Of a stretch of 64,000 bases of DNA, positions 11,771 to 24,321 are shown one piece after another. This stretch comes from Negaprion brevirostris (Eukaryota): the NCBI GenBank assembly GCA_030324005.1, contig JARDVH010000106.1:41016640-41080639 (forward strand). The letters run 5' to 3'. The notes beneath the pieces are model-generated. The model was given only the letters and a program-made list of their open reading frames with translations, was not told where the DNA came from and made no database searches. The translations under genes and the position numbers were made by a program. Positions within the stretch are counted from its first letter, which is position 1; each line of letters opens with the position of its first letter.

Positions 11771-12627
11771 TGATAAAAGGCCCTCAAAATCCCTTGACTC
11801 TGCCAATCAAACTGAGTCACCATCCCAACTCACAACAAGATGAAAAATTCACTGGGCTACAGTCACCCTAAATTTTCTTTCACATCACCGCAGTTGTTGC
11901 CATACAGAGCATTCTAACACAAGAATTGAATTCTTACCAATTTATCAAGCCTTGCAAGTCTGCTTTCTCAAAACAAAGTAAACAAGCAGCTCCTCCCAAG
12001 AGAGAGAGGAAAATAATTTTTAAACCTCAAACAAATGGCTCTATTAAAAACAACACATCATTCCCTTGTTAAAGGAAAACTGGCTCTTCGCACTATTATT
12101 CAGACCCTGCACCTATCAAAGCAGCCTGGTGCCACTTTAGCTGCACCAGAAAATTTCAAACTGCTTTGCAAAGCCGGATTTACTATTCATATTTAAACTA
12201 TTTCAAAAAATACTTGGGAAAAAAAAACAATGGAACTTATAATGTAAACTGAAAGCACGTTATAATTGTGACAGATTTATATAAAAGGCACAAAAAATAT
12301 TAAACACAAATGGGTTTGCGACTCATGCATTTCTCTGCTAGATGCATGGTTTCCTGTATGGATTGGATGCCTGAAGGTGGAGCTGACAGAAGGTGATTCC
12401 GCCCATCTAACTTCTTCATAAGAATCAGGCCAAGAATTTCCTCATGGCTGCTTCTTTTCCATTAGTAAATCCTCATCTATTCCAGTCATTGTTTTAAACG
12501 ATTAGTAATTATAAAGCAAATATAGTATCTGAAAGGTCTCCTGGAATACACTACAGATTGGATAAATTGAACAAACAGCAAATCAGAACTGAAAGGAAAC
12601 AACTAAAAAGTCTGGAAGAGTTTCTTT

Positions 12628-13190
12628 TTGATTAATTCATTCATGAGATGTGGGCATGGCTGGCAAGGCCATCATTTACCACCCATCCCAACCACCCTTG
12701 AGTAGGTGGTGTTGACCCAACTTCTTCAACCAATATGGTTCATTTGCATAGGTACACCCAAAGTGCTTCTCAGGAGTTTGATTCAGTGACAGTGAAGGAA
12801 CTACAATTTAGTTCCAAATCAGGATGGCTTGCAACTTGGAAGGCAACTCACAGGTGGTAGTGGTATTCCTGCCCTTGTTTTTCTAGGTGGTAGAAGCTGC
12901 AGGAATACAAAGGATTGTCGAAGGAGGGTTAGCAGGTTGCTGCAGTGCATCTTGTAGCAGTGGTGGTGGAAGGAGTGAACATTTAGGATGGTGGAGGAAG
13001 GGGTGTTAAATGGATTGTTCTGTCCTCGATCATGGTGAGCTTCTTACTGCACTCATCCAGGCGTATCATCACATTCTTGATTTATGCCTTGAAGAATATG
13101 TAGAGGAACTGCAGAATCAGGAACCGAGTTACTCACCATAGAGCTCCCAGCATCTGAATTGTATTGATACAGCTGATCCAGTTAAGTAAG
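12628..13190 (-). mobile_element. CR1-group LINE 3' end (partner of SINE family 2)
   Basis: Reverse complement matches 30296-30832 and 36715-37235; same tail as SINE family 2. Confidence 0.65.
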
Positions 13191-13964
13191 GATGACTCCA
13201 AGTGTCAGGATTATGAGATAAGTGAATAGAAGAAGCTAAAGATANNNNNNNNNNNNNNNNNNNNNNNNNNNNNNNNNNNNNNNNNNNNNNNNNNNNNNNN
13301 NNNNNNNNNNNNNNNNNNNNNNNNNNNNNNNNNNNNNNNNNNNNTGAGATAAGTGAATAGAAGAAGCTAAAGATAGCATCTGAAAGTTGATCTCATAGAA
13401 AAATAGTAAATGGAATAGAAAAGGTTAATCCAAAATGCTACTTTAAACCGTGGAGAGGAATAACAGGGGTACATGTTCAAAGTAGAAAACCTCAGACAGA
13501 GTAAGCAATATTTATAAAAGAATTCTGAGCAGAGTGATTGAGCGAAAAAAAATTGAATGCCTTTAAGAAACAATGAGATGCAGTTATGTAGAGGTTGGTT
13601 ACATTGTTTTGCATTATTAGTACAATGGCCTTCTTCATTTGGCAGTATCTGTTAATGGCCGACTGGTTTCAAGCTGAGCTTGACATTCAGTGAGATTGAT
13701 GAAACACAGACAGATGCAAAGCATGGTTTAAAATGGACAGCTTTGCTTTTTACAACGAAACATTAGAGGGAAAAATTTACAAAGCAACACTTAAGTTCCT
13801 AAAGGGAGTTTCCATTCCTTAATTCCAGTAATAGCAGTGCAATCAATGCAGAATCAGCCAAAGCAGCAGAAGTATGAGGGATTTTTAAATGAGTGTTTGA
13901 CTTTCCTGTAATCCTGCACGCTGTTTCAAGATTCAATTAATCCAGATAATACTCTGCTCACAAA

Positions 13965-15770
13965 AGAACAAAGAAGAACAGTACGGCACAGGAACAGGCC
14001 CTTTGGCCCACCAAGCCTGTGTCAATTACATTGTCCTATCTAGACCAACCACCTGTATCCCCCTATTCCCTGTCTAATCATGTGTCTATCCAGATGAGTC
14101 TCAAATGCCACTTATGTGTCTGCCTCAACCACCTCACTTAGCAGTTCATCCCAGGCCCCCACCACTGTGTAAAATAACTTCCCCCATTTATCACTACTGA
14201 AAATCTCCCCCCCTGCCACCCTGCCTTACCTTGAACTTGTGCTCCCTCTTGTAATAGTAATTTCTGCCCGAGTACCAAGTCCAGTATAGTCCCATCTCAA
14301 GTCAGACTATCTACATATTGTTCCAGAAAACCTTCCTGGCCATACACCATCCAAGCACCTAGCCCTAAGGTCAACATGAGGAAAATTAAAGTTCCCCTCT
14401 ACAACAAACCTATTATTTCTACATCTGTACAGAATCTGCTTATATATCTGTTCTTCAATTTCCCATGGGCTATTGAGAGGTTTGTAGCACACCTCCATCA
14501 TAGTGGCTGCCCCGTTTCTGTTTCTGAGTTCTACTCATTACATGATTCTTCCAAGGAATCCTCCCTCTGTACAGCTATAATATGTTCACTAACCAGTATT
14601 GCAACTCTCCCACCTCTTTTGCCTTATCTTCTGTCTTGCCTAAAATACCTATATCCTAGAACATTTAGCTGCCAATCCTGTCCCTCTTTTAACCAAGTCT
14701 CTGTTACTGCAACCACATCCAAGTTCCATGCATGAGTCAGGGCTCTAAATTAATCTTGTCTTACTTGTTATAGTCCTTGCCTTGAAGCAGATGCACGTNN
14801 NNNNNNNNNNNNNNNNNNNNNNNNNNNNNNNNNNNNNNNNNNNNNNNNNNNNNNNNNNNNNNNNNNNNNNNNNNNNNNNNNNNNNNNNNNNNNNNNNNNN
14901 NNNNNNNNNNNNNNNNNNNNNNNNNNNNNNNNNNNNNNNNNNNNNNNNNNNNNNNNNNNNNNNNNNNNNNNNNNNNNNNNNNNNNNNNNNNNNNNNNNNN
15001 NNNNNNNNNNNNNNNNNNNNNNNNNNNNNNNNNNNNNNNNNNNNNNNNNNNNNNNNNNNNNNNNNNNNNNNNNNNNNNNNNNNNNNNNNNNNNNNNNNNN
15101 NNNNNNNNNNNNNNNNNNNNNNNNNNNNNNNNNNNNNNNNNNNNNNNNNNNNNNNNNNNNNNNNNNNNNNNNNNNNNNNNNNNNNNNNNNNNNNNNNNNN
15201 NNNNNNNNNNNNNNNNNNNNNNNNNNNNNNNNNNNNNNNNNNNNNNNNNNNNNNNNNNNNNNNNNNNNNNNNNNNNNNNNNNNNNNNNNNNNNNNNNNNN
15301 NNNNNNNNNNNNNNNNNNNNNNNNNNNNNNNNNNNNNNNNNNNNNNNNNNNNNNNNNNNNNNNNNNNNNNNNNNNNNNNNNNNNNNNNNNNNNNNNNNNN
15401 NNNNNNNNNNNNNNNNNNNNNNNNNNNNNNNNNNNNNNNNNNNNNNNNNNNNNNNNNNNNNNNNNNNNNNNNNNNNNNNNNNNNNNNNNNNNNNNNNNNN
15501 NNNNNNNNNNNNNNNNNNNNNNNNNNNNNNNNNNNNNNNNNNNNNNNNNNNNNNNNNNNNTGACCTACTGTTCTGATTCACACACCCCTGCCATACTAGT
15601 TTAAACCCACCTGAACCACAGCAGCAAACCACCAAGCCAGGATATTGGTGCCCCTCCAGTTCAGTTGTAACCTGTCCTTCTTGCACAGGCCCCACCTTCT
15701 CTGGAAGATATCCCAACAATTCACAAATCTGAAACCCTCCCTCCTGCACCAATTCTTTAGCCATGTGTTC
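13965..15770 (-). mobile_element. CR1 LINE pieces: 3' tail, APE endonuclease region and end of ORF1
   Basis: 14501-14307 (-) ORF VCYKPLNS..EIEEQIYKQI...VVEGNFNFPHVD resembles the CR1 endonuclease YRPPNS/GDFNFP motifs; tail AAAGAACAAAGAAGAACAGTACGGCACAGGAACAGGCC. Confidence 0.75.
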
Positions 15771-15855
15771 AGTGTTTCTTCAGAAGGAACTCTTCAAAAA
15801 TGCAGATACAAAAACACAATAAAACATACTTCAACTTATAAATCAAAGAAAAGGA

Positions 15856-16112
15856 TTTTGTTTTATTCCAATTCAATCAAATCAAGTCCAATTCAGAGTC
15901 TCAACAAGTTGAGACATTCCTGATCCAAGCTGACACAACAGGGCTCTCACATCCTATCATGATCTAAGCTGATTGGAGTAGGCAGAGCTTCTCCTCCAGT
16001 GTTTGATCTCATTTGCATCTTAGCCAAAAGGCTAAGATGCCACTTTTAAAAATTGCTTCAAATGAAGCTAAAACATAACCTATTGATTTCAACCAAGCAC
16101 AGCATGTCAATA
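15856..16112 (-). mobile_element. U2-related short retroposon, copy lacking the U2 head
   Basis: Reverse complement aligns along its length with 31165-31646, including CTTAGCCTTTTGGCTAAGATGCAAAT and the end GGACTTGATTTGATTGAATTGGAATAAAACAAAA. Confidence 0.85.
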
Positions 16113-16590
16113 GTATTCCAAATATGGCCTAACCAACTTTTTATATAACTGCAACATCTTATGCCAACTTCTATAGTCTATGCCCTGTCCAGTAAAATCA
16201 AGCATGCCATATGCCTTCTTTACCACTTTTTCCACCTGTGTTTCCATCTCTGGACTTGCATACTCAGATCCCTCAGCGTGTCCATACTTCTGATGGTTCT
16301 GCCATTTATTGCATAGCCACCCCCCAACCCCTGCATTAGATTTACCAAAATGCATCACTTAGCATTTATCTGGATTAAATTCCATCTGCCACTTCTCCAC
16401 TCAATTTTCCAGCCTGTATCCTGCTATATTCTCTGACAATGCTCATCACTATCTGCAACTCCAGCAATCTTTGCGTCATCTGCAAACTTACTAATCAGAC
16501 CAGCTACATCTTCTTCCAAATCATTTATATATACACCACAAACAGCAGAGGTCCCAGTACAGAGTCCTGCAGAACACCACTGGTCCACAT
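16113..16590 (-). mobile_element. CR1 LINE reverse transcriptase fragment
   Basis: Translations YINDLEEDVAGLISKFADDAKIAG and VVKKAYGMLDF...LQLYKKLVRPYLEY. Confidence 0.85.
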
Positions 16591-16779
16591 CATTACTCCA
16601 AACTTGGAGCCTTGTCCTGGGCCACTTCAAGCTCTCCACAATTCTTATGTATTGTGAATCAGCTGGTCAGCTGACTATGACATCACTCTGTAATTGATTC
16701 CATGGTCTACTGGGTCAGCTGATCCTTACATCTTGTTCCCATTGGTCACATTACAACCAATACAAAGTTGTCACCGGTT

Positions 16780-17105
16780 ACACTAACATTCAGCCGCACT
16801 ATCTCCCTGTTCCTAGCCTCACTAGAATGTGGCAGGGGGAATAATCCTGAGACTACTACCCTAGAGATCCTGTTTTTTAATCTTCTACCTGACTCCCAAA
16901 ATTATTGTTGTAGGATCTTGCTACTCTTTCCACTTGTGTTATTCATGCCAATGTGGACAAACACATCTGTCTGATTTCCCTCCTGGTTTAGGATGCTTTG
17001 TACCCACTCAGACATCCAGGACCCTGGCACCAGGGAGACAAACTACCATCCTGGAGTCCCTTTCACAGCCACAGAAGCATCTGTCTGTGCCCCTGTCTAT
17101 TGAGT
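16780..17105 (-). mobile_element. CR1 ORF1 (SGNH esterase-like) fragment
   Basis: Minus strand gives degenerate PGARV.DV, VHIGMNN and RLKNRISRVVVSGL motifs typical of the CR1 ORF1 esterase; further ORF1-like sequence at about 18280-18500. Confidence 0.65.
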
Positions 17106-18250
17106 CAAAAAACAAAGAAAATTACGGCACAGGAACAGGCCCTTCGGCCCTCCAAGCCTGCACCAACCATGCTTCCTAACTTAACTAAAACCCCCTACCC
17201 TTCCAGGGACCATATCCCTCTATGCCCATCCTATTCATGTACTTGTCACTGCCGCATCCACTTCTGCTAACTCCCTCAGCAATGAGTTCCAGTCACCCAC
17301 TACTCTGTGAAATAAATCTACCTCATACATCTCCTTTAAGCTTTGCCCCTCGCACCTTAAATCTGTGCCCCAGAGTAATTGACTCTTCCATCCTGAGAAA
17401 AAGCTTCTGACTATCCATTCTGTCCATGCCTCTCATAATCTTGTAGACTTCTATCAGATCGCCCCTCAATCTCCGTCGCTCTCCAACCTCTCCTCATAGC
17501 TAATGCCCTCCATACCAGGCAACATCCTGGTAAATCTTTTCAAAGCCACACTACCAGAAGGATGTGGAGGCGACCAGAATTGAACACTATATCCCAAGTG
17601 TGGCCTAACTAAGGTTCTGTAAAGCTGCAACATGACTTGCCAACTTTTAAACTCAATACCCTGATCAATGAAGGCAAGCATGCCGTATGCCTTCTTGACC
17701 ACCTTCTCCACCTGCATTGCCACTTTCTGTGAGCTGTGTAGCTGTACAACCAGATCCCTTTGCCTATCAATACTCTTAAGGGTTCTGCCATTTACTGCAC
17801 ATTTCCTGTTCGTATTAGACCTTCCAAAATGCATTACCTCATATTTGTCCGGATCAAATTCCATCTGCCATCTTTCTGCCCAAGTCTTCAACTGATCTAT
17901 ATCCTGCTATATCCTCTGATGGTCCTCNNNNNNNNNNNNNNNNNNNNNNNNNNNNNNNNNNNNNNNNNNNNNNNNNNNNNNNNNNNNNNNNNNNNNNNNN
18001 NNNNNNNNNNNNNNNNNNNNNNNNNNNTATCTGTATTAGACCTTCCAAAATGCATTACCTCACATTTGTCTGGATTAAACTCCATCTGCCATCTCTCTGC
18101 CCAATTCTCCAATTGATCTACATCCTGCTGTATCCTCTGTTAGTCCTCATCACTATCTGCAAATCCACCAACCTTTGTGTGGTCCGCAAACTTACTAATC
18201 AATCCAGTTACATTTTCCTCCAAATCATTGATATATATTACAAACAGCAA
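17106..18250 (-). mobile_element. CR1/HER1-type LINE 3' part (RT C-terminus and tail)
   Basis: 17891-17466 ORF WAERWQMEFDPDKYEVMHFGRSN...LYRTLVRPHLGYSVQFWSP...RFTRMLPGMEGISYEERL; tail at 17106-17160. Confidence 0.9.
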
Positions 18251-18927
18251 AGAATCCCCTACCACTATTGTTTTACTAATTTTGTACACTGCCTCTGTGC
18301 AGCAGGGCTAGCCCATTCTGCCTTTGCTCTGGTCACTGCTGTTGCTGATGGACCTTCTCCTCATCAGTATCCAAAATGACATACTTGTTAGATAGGGGGA
18401 ATTGCCATAGGGGACCCCTGCACAGGCTGTTACCCTGTCTAGTTGTCACCCGTTTATCTTCCTGCACTTTGGGTGTGACTACATCCCTGTACCTATAACA
18501 ATTTCAATTAATTGTGTGCTCCTCAGTCCTCCATCCAATGGTTGAGGTATCAGGATTCTGATATATTGGGGCAGTGGATCCAGATGTGAGGTTTATACTG
18601 GACGGTGGGGTCCAGATGCAGAGTATAACAGGCAGCCGGTCCAGATGTGTGCTCTATCTAGAGCAGTGGATCTCAGTATGGGGTGTATAATGGGCTGCTG
18701 GCCCTGGGGGCTGGTATGTAACAGGCATTCAGCTCTAGTGCGAGTGTATAATGAATAATTAGCTCCATACCCAGCTCCGCATCCCCACACAGGTTGAAAC
18801 TGACCCTCAAGATGCAGTGAACATCTTTTCACCAGTGGTTGCATCTATGGGATTCTACCTAAACATTGCTGCTGCTTCCTCCACACGTCTAACTTCATTG
18901 ACCTGTATCTCCCTTTCCCCAAGTTCA

Positions 18928-19873
18928 GCGCCGCAATTCTCCCATTGCGACCCTCAACTTTTCTATCGGCTTGTGGTGGGAGATGCACGTCTGCAGCCTT
19001 GAACAAGGATTTGCACATGTGCCGGGAATGCATTCGCTTCTCCCAGAGTAAGCGAACATTCACCAGTCAGACCATGCTGGAAACTGTCAGGAAGGCAGGT
19101 AATTGATTTCAATCTTTCTACATGTATTTGAAATACGTTTATTAGCTCATCAGGAATTTTCAGGTTCTGATTGAATCTCCCACCCTGCCAGGAATGCTTC
19201 ATTCTGGCGGGATTCAGACTAGCTCCCCACGTTCAGGGAAATAGCGAGAGACCCCTGCCAGAATGAAGGTGGGGACAAGTGGGCCCCCCCCAAGTGGGTT
19301 GGGCAGTGGGAGGGATGGGTGTGCCCTGGGCATGGGCACCCTGGGACTGGTCGGCTGTGCCCCGGCACTGCCCAAGGGGCAAAGTGCCCATGTCAGGGGA
19401 CACCTTGGCACTGCCCAGCAGGCAATGCCAAAGGGGTGAGGCCTATAGGGTGATCAGTGGGAGTGGGGGGACCTGCTGCCACTCTGCATAGCAATTGGTC
19501 TGNNNNNNNNNNNNNNNNNNNNNNNNNNNNNNNNNNNNNNNNNNNNNNNCCCCGGCGGGGGGCGGGGGGTTAGGGCTGGCCCAGAATTGCTGTGGGAGCC
19601 ATAAGGAGGGCTGGAGAGGCAGCACTATGGGGGGTCCCGAGCTGGCCAGCAAATGGGAGGTTGGCCGTTAAGGGCCACATGCGCAGATTTCCAGAACTAT
19701 CAGACTCCAGCACGAATAGGCCCCATCCCCCTGGGTTCTTAAAGATCTTCACAACTGGGACCTCTGCAATGCAGACAGAGCGCGGAGATTCAGGTGAGAA
19801 GCTGAACTGTCAGAACAGTCGGGATTTCAAACAGTTTTCCCGCCAATTCAGCACTTGTGGGAGAATTGCTCTC
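18928..19873. mobile_element. GC-rich non-autonomous TIR element (Harbinger-like)
   Basis: Termini GCGCCGCAATTCTCCCA and TGGGAGAATTGCTCTC are inverted repeats; same terminal type as 22700-23786. Confidence 0.55.
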
Positions 19874-20299
19874 CAAGCTTCATGAATAAATCATTCAGGA
19901 TCAATAACAAAAGGGTCAGTGGTTATTAAACAGCCTTTGTATATTCAGTTTATAACTGGGTTTGCTCCACCATGGGGTCCCCCATTCTCCACAACTGATG
20001 AGGTCACATAGCAGCCATATAGACAATAGTCAAACTGTGTAGGGAAATAGGTCCAAATAATTTATAAGACTGGCTGTCCAATCTGGAAGAATTACGGAAA
20101 CATTCTCAGTATACCCGCTAGCAGAATGTCCCTTTCTCCCATCATCTTAAAATCCTGCCCCACCTCCTCTGCGCCCTAGCTCTTCGCATAATCGATTACC
20201 ACCCCTCACTGTGTTTTATTCCCCCTAACCCGAATCTCCAGCTCTGCTTTACTCCTCTGCGTGGACAGTGTAATTTGTTAAATACTAACAAAAGATGGC

Positions 20300-20530
20300 C
20301 TCACTCTCTGCTGTGCTCCTCTTCTGGCAGTGAGCAAATTACACATCTACGTCTCAACAGCACAGTGCATAGTGCTCATGGCCAATTTTTCTCTCTCTAC
20401 GGAGGCCAATTGTAGCACCAGTCTGCTGTGCTAGCTGAAACCAGCTAACTCAACACACAGCAGGAAGCAAGCTTGGAAGCGTCCTTTCCTTGCATGACTC
20501 AGTATCAAGTGATGTATTTATATCAACCCC
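20300..20530 (-). mobile_element. Old SINE-like remnant (family unassigned)
   Basis: Reverse complement GATACTGAGTCATGCAAGG...TGTGTTGAGTTAGCTGGTTTCAGC...GCTACAATTGGCC resembles a decayed tRNA-SINE head. Confidence 0.35.
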
Positions 20531-21619
20531 CCTGTTGCCTCAATATCTCATTCCACAGAACACCAAGGTGGTACATGCATAAAGTTAATTAAATTTTTGG
20601 ATTACTTTAACATTTTGTGCTAGAGACAGAAAAGCACAGGGCGATAGATCTAATTAAGTAAAACACTTTTTAATCATTTGTATATTTCAGGTGAGCAATT
20701 GTATCACAAGTTTCCCTTCACAAGCAAAATAAACCTGCAGAGAGACAAGTAAACCAGAAAAAATTCAAACTGCTTCAGGAACATACATCAGGAGCTTGCC
20801 ACATTACAAGAATATGAACATATATCTTATGAAGGTGAGTTAGCTTTAATTTTCTGTATTTGCATATAAATTTTACATTTCCCAATGCTCATTACCACAA
20901 CATTTGTATTCATGGTGGATGCTTTTAGGAATTTAATTACATTAAATTGTTCCTCATCAACATGTCATGTGGAAACTCTGCCTCTTGCACTCAATGACAC
21001 TCATTTCATAAGCAGGCTTGTTTATACATCCTTTCCAATGAGTGGCTGCACTGATACTACTTCAAACTGCACGCTGCAGAATAGTTTTCTGCTTTACTGA
21101 TCCTGCTATCAAATAATGAAAGTATTTCTAGTGAATTAATTATGTAGAAATAATAATTAAAGCAATGGCAATAGCAAGTATGCAAGATATAAACTGCATC
21201 CGAGCAAAGAGTTAAACAAGTCTTCATGCAAAAACATTTGCCTCTAATCAGGAGTTAGTCATTCATACAACAGACATGCTTTGCATTGGCTGCATGTTCG
21301 CTATACCAATCGTATTCTTAGCTGTGGCCTTTTCAGCCTCTTCCGTATTATCCAACATTAGGCTTCCGGTATCCATTGTAAAGAAAATATAATAAAAATT
21401 CAATGGAGGGATTGATCATCGTTACGTTACACGTTTGAAAAAAGTGAAGGCATTCTTGGACACGGGATCACACCCCTCCTGCTGCAAGCAGAGTTCAGAA
21501 CAACTCCTATCTGCGTGTATGTGAATGGAGTCGAGAAATAATCTAATAAATCAAAAACAGCTCAAAAATGCAGAACTTCTACGAACTAAATTAAAATCAC
21601 CATCTTCAATCACTGTGGG

Positions 21620-21675
21620 TTTAAAATTTATTTATTAGTGTCACAAACAGACTTATATTAACTCTGCAATGAAGT
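21620..21675 (-). mobile_element. Isolated tail-B SINE fragment
   Basis: TTTATTTATTAGTGTCACAAACAGACTTATATTAACTCTGCAATGAAGT. Confidence 0.7.
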
Positions 21676-22699
21676 CGTTTTAAGAATACTTGCAATGTTG
21701 TCAGGCATGAAAATTTAGGTATTCAAATTCCACCATAGACATCAGAAAAATAGATTTCAGAATACTTAAAAAAAAAAATCACTGTAGCATGCAATTGTTT
21801 TGTTCTGAAAAGTGTCTGGCAACTAACCTACGTTGACTTTGCTTGATGGTTTAGGCCTGGGTGTTGATTCAGAGCTAAGTAAACAGAGCTGTCAATGCCG
21901 ACATTTTGTGCTTGCAGAAACGTTTTAAAGTATGATAAATAAAACCTGTTGTGCACTTAGAAACAAGTGTCTTCCCTGCATCGCAGGATAGCAACAACTC
22001 TCTGGCAATGTGCAAATACGTACTGGTAGCAAAAATGCATTGATTTATGGTTTATTGTCCTTTCACTTCTCAGAATCCAGACGCCAAAAAAAAGAGTGAA
22101 AACAAGGTCGCTCTAAAAAAGACTTCCAGTTTCACTGATGCTTCAGCATGTATTATATACCAGGTCACACAAACCCCAAAATTTCTAATTTCCAGACCAT
22201 GCTGAATTAGTTAATCTGTTGGTAAAGTTAGCCTCACTGGCTATAAATTGTCGGTGGAAGATTTGTAAAGATCTATCTAGCCATTGGAGAAAGTCTGAGA
22301 AATAGGAATCACACTTTTGACCTATTTGCAGTAATTGAAAAGTCTTTATGAATGGTTGCCAGATTAAGACAAGACTGGAATTTTTGTCTTTATTTAAGAT
22401 TGGATTCATTTATGATGCCCCCATAAACAGACTACCAATGCTCCTAAGTGAAAGAGATCAGAAAACAGCAAGTAAGCATTTTTAAAAAAAGAAAAGAAAT
22501 TGCAGAGAATAGATATAATCAATAATGCATCAATTAAAAATAAATTAACAAGTAACAAATATGCAATGAAAGAATGAAATATATTCATGAACTCTCCTCC
22601 CTTTCAATTCAATTATGTTCACAGTGATATCAATGATAGTGCTTCAAAGCACATCTATTTAGGCTACTTGCCACGCTCACTCTCCCAGGAAAACACTGT

Positions 22700-23257
22700 G
22701 GGGGCAATTCTCTGACCTCAGTGCCATTAGCAGATTGTGCTGATCCTGCAGAATATTGTGCGGGCCTAAATTCGGTTTTGCACCCAGATGCAAAACAGTT
22801 TGCAATTCTCCCTATCTTTTTCTAATGGTGTGCACTGGATGGTGCCCAGGAAGGGTACAAGGCTAATCAGAATATTTAAAATATCATTTAAATGAACATA
22901 ACTGTTTGAATCCAAGTGCACGGAATTCGCCGGCCGTCAATGTGACAATCGTGAGAATCACCACTGGTCTCCTGGTGTAATGGTCATGNNNNNNNNNNNN
23001 NNNNNNNNNNNNNNNNNNNNNNNNNNNNNNNNNNNNNNNNNNNNNNNNNNNNNNNNNNNNNNNNNNNNNNNNNNNNNNNNNNNNNNNNNNNNNNNNNNNN
23101 NNNNNNNNNNNNNNNNNNNNNNNNNNNNNNNNNNNNNNNNNNNNNNNNNNNNNNNNNNNNNNNNNNNNNNNNNNNNNNNNNNNNNNNNNNNNNNNNNNNN
23201 NNNNNNNNNNNNNNNNNNNNNNNNNNNNNNNNNNNNNNNNNNNNNNNNNNNNNNNNN

Positions 23258-23296
<39 letters not shown>

Positions 23297-23786
23297 TGGG
23301 GGGCCACTGAAGCCCCTGGGAGATTGGAGACATGGCCAGGCTGTGCCAATTTGGCACACTGAGTGCCCAGCTCTGACCACCGGACAGGCACAGCGGTGCC
23401 CACCTGGCACCACCAAAGCAGTGGGGCCTGACCATAGGGCGCCTTACAGGGGCATGTAAGGAGTTCAGACAGGTGGACCCATCGGGTGGGCCCCAATGTC
23501 CATGATCCTTGTTGGGGAAGAGGTGGGGGAACATACCAGCGGCGAGAGAGGGAGGAATCCAATGTCTGTCGGAAAAGGAATCTCCAGTGCACTGTGAGAT
23601 CCATTGGGAAACAACACCCAAGTGCTCCGAAGGTAGGCTCATCCCATCATGTACCGGTGCAAAACTTCCAACTCTCCAAAAAAGTAACCTGAGTGTGGGA
23701 AGATTGCAGTATTGAGTGTGCCTGAGAGACAAGTGTGGATCACTCCATTATTCTCGCTGTTGTGACTTTTTTTTGGGAGAATTCAC
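22700..23786. mobile_element. GC-rich non-autonomous TIR element (Harbinger-like), spans a gap
   Basis: Left GGGGGCAATTCTC and right GGGAGAATTCAC; internal GGCACT/GTGCC-rich segments as in 18928-19873. Confidence 0.55.
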
Positions 23787-24082
23787 TACGCACGCTCTTA
23801 GATCACTGCATCATGTTTTGGCACATGTTTGAGCAGAGAAAACCTTTATTAAGAAAAAGAATGTAGGCTAATGACATACTAAATGACATTTCAATGTTCC
23901 ACCCAATGCCATTGTGACTTGTTACATTAGATTTATTTAAATTTCAATTTTATTGGCTGAACTGACGTATGCAGATTTAGTAAAAAAGGTAGTTTCAAAT
24001 GTAGGCTTAAGGTGGTTGCCACAGGCCAACCGACAAGGCTGCAACTGCAAATTTGTAAAGTTTCTAGAAGATAGGGTAGTAT

Positions 24083-24321
24083 GTGGCACCGTGGCTAGCA
24101 CTGCTGCCTCACTGCACCAGGGACCGGGGTTTGATTCCCGGCTTGTCTGTGTGGAGTATCCACGTTCTCCACCTGTGTCTCTGTGGGTTTCCTCTGGATG
24201 CTCCAGTTTCCTTCCACATCTGAAAGATGTGCTGGTTAGGTGCATTGGCCAAGCTAAATTCTCCCTCAGTGTACCTGAACATGCGCCGGAGTGTGGTGAC
24301 TAGGGGAGTTTCATAGCAACT
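24083..24321 (+). mobile_element. HE1-like SINE tail B, interrupted; probable remainder at 25712-25762
   Basis: Head GGCACCGTGGCTAGCACTGCTGCC; breaks at TTCATAGCAACT; CATTGCAGTGCTAATGTAAACCTACTTGTGACACTAATAAATAAAC resumes at 25713. Confidence 0.75.

Noticed and set aside
13215-13375. Direct repeat TGAGATAAGTGAATAGAAGAAGCTAAAGATA as a TSD
   Set aside because: It flanks an N-gap exactly, so it is probably a scaffolding overlap, although a hidden insertion cannot be excluded. The same pattern occurs at 62020-62240.
18560-18790. CRISPR-like or regular array (GGTCCAGATG / GTATAA repeats)
   Set aside because: The units are irregular and degenerate in vertebrate DNA; at most an eroded minisatellite.
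23258-23296. Poly-C tract giving poly-Gly/Pro ORFs or a G-quadruplex
   Set aside because: It is a homopolymer adjacent to a gap within a GC-rich TIR element, and its length is unreliable.
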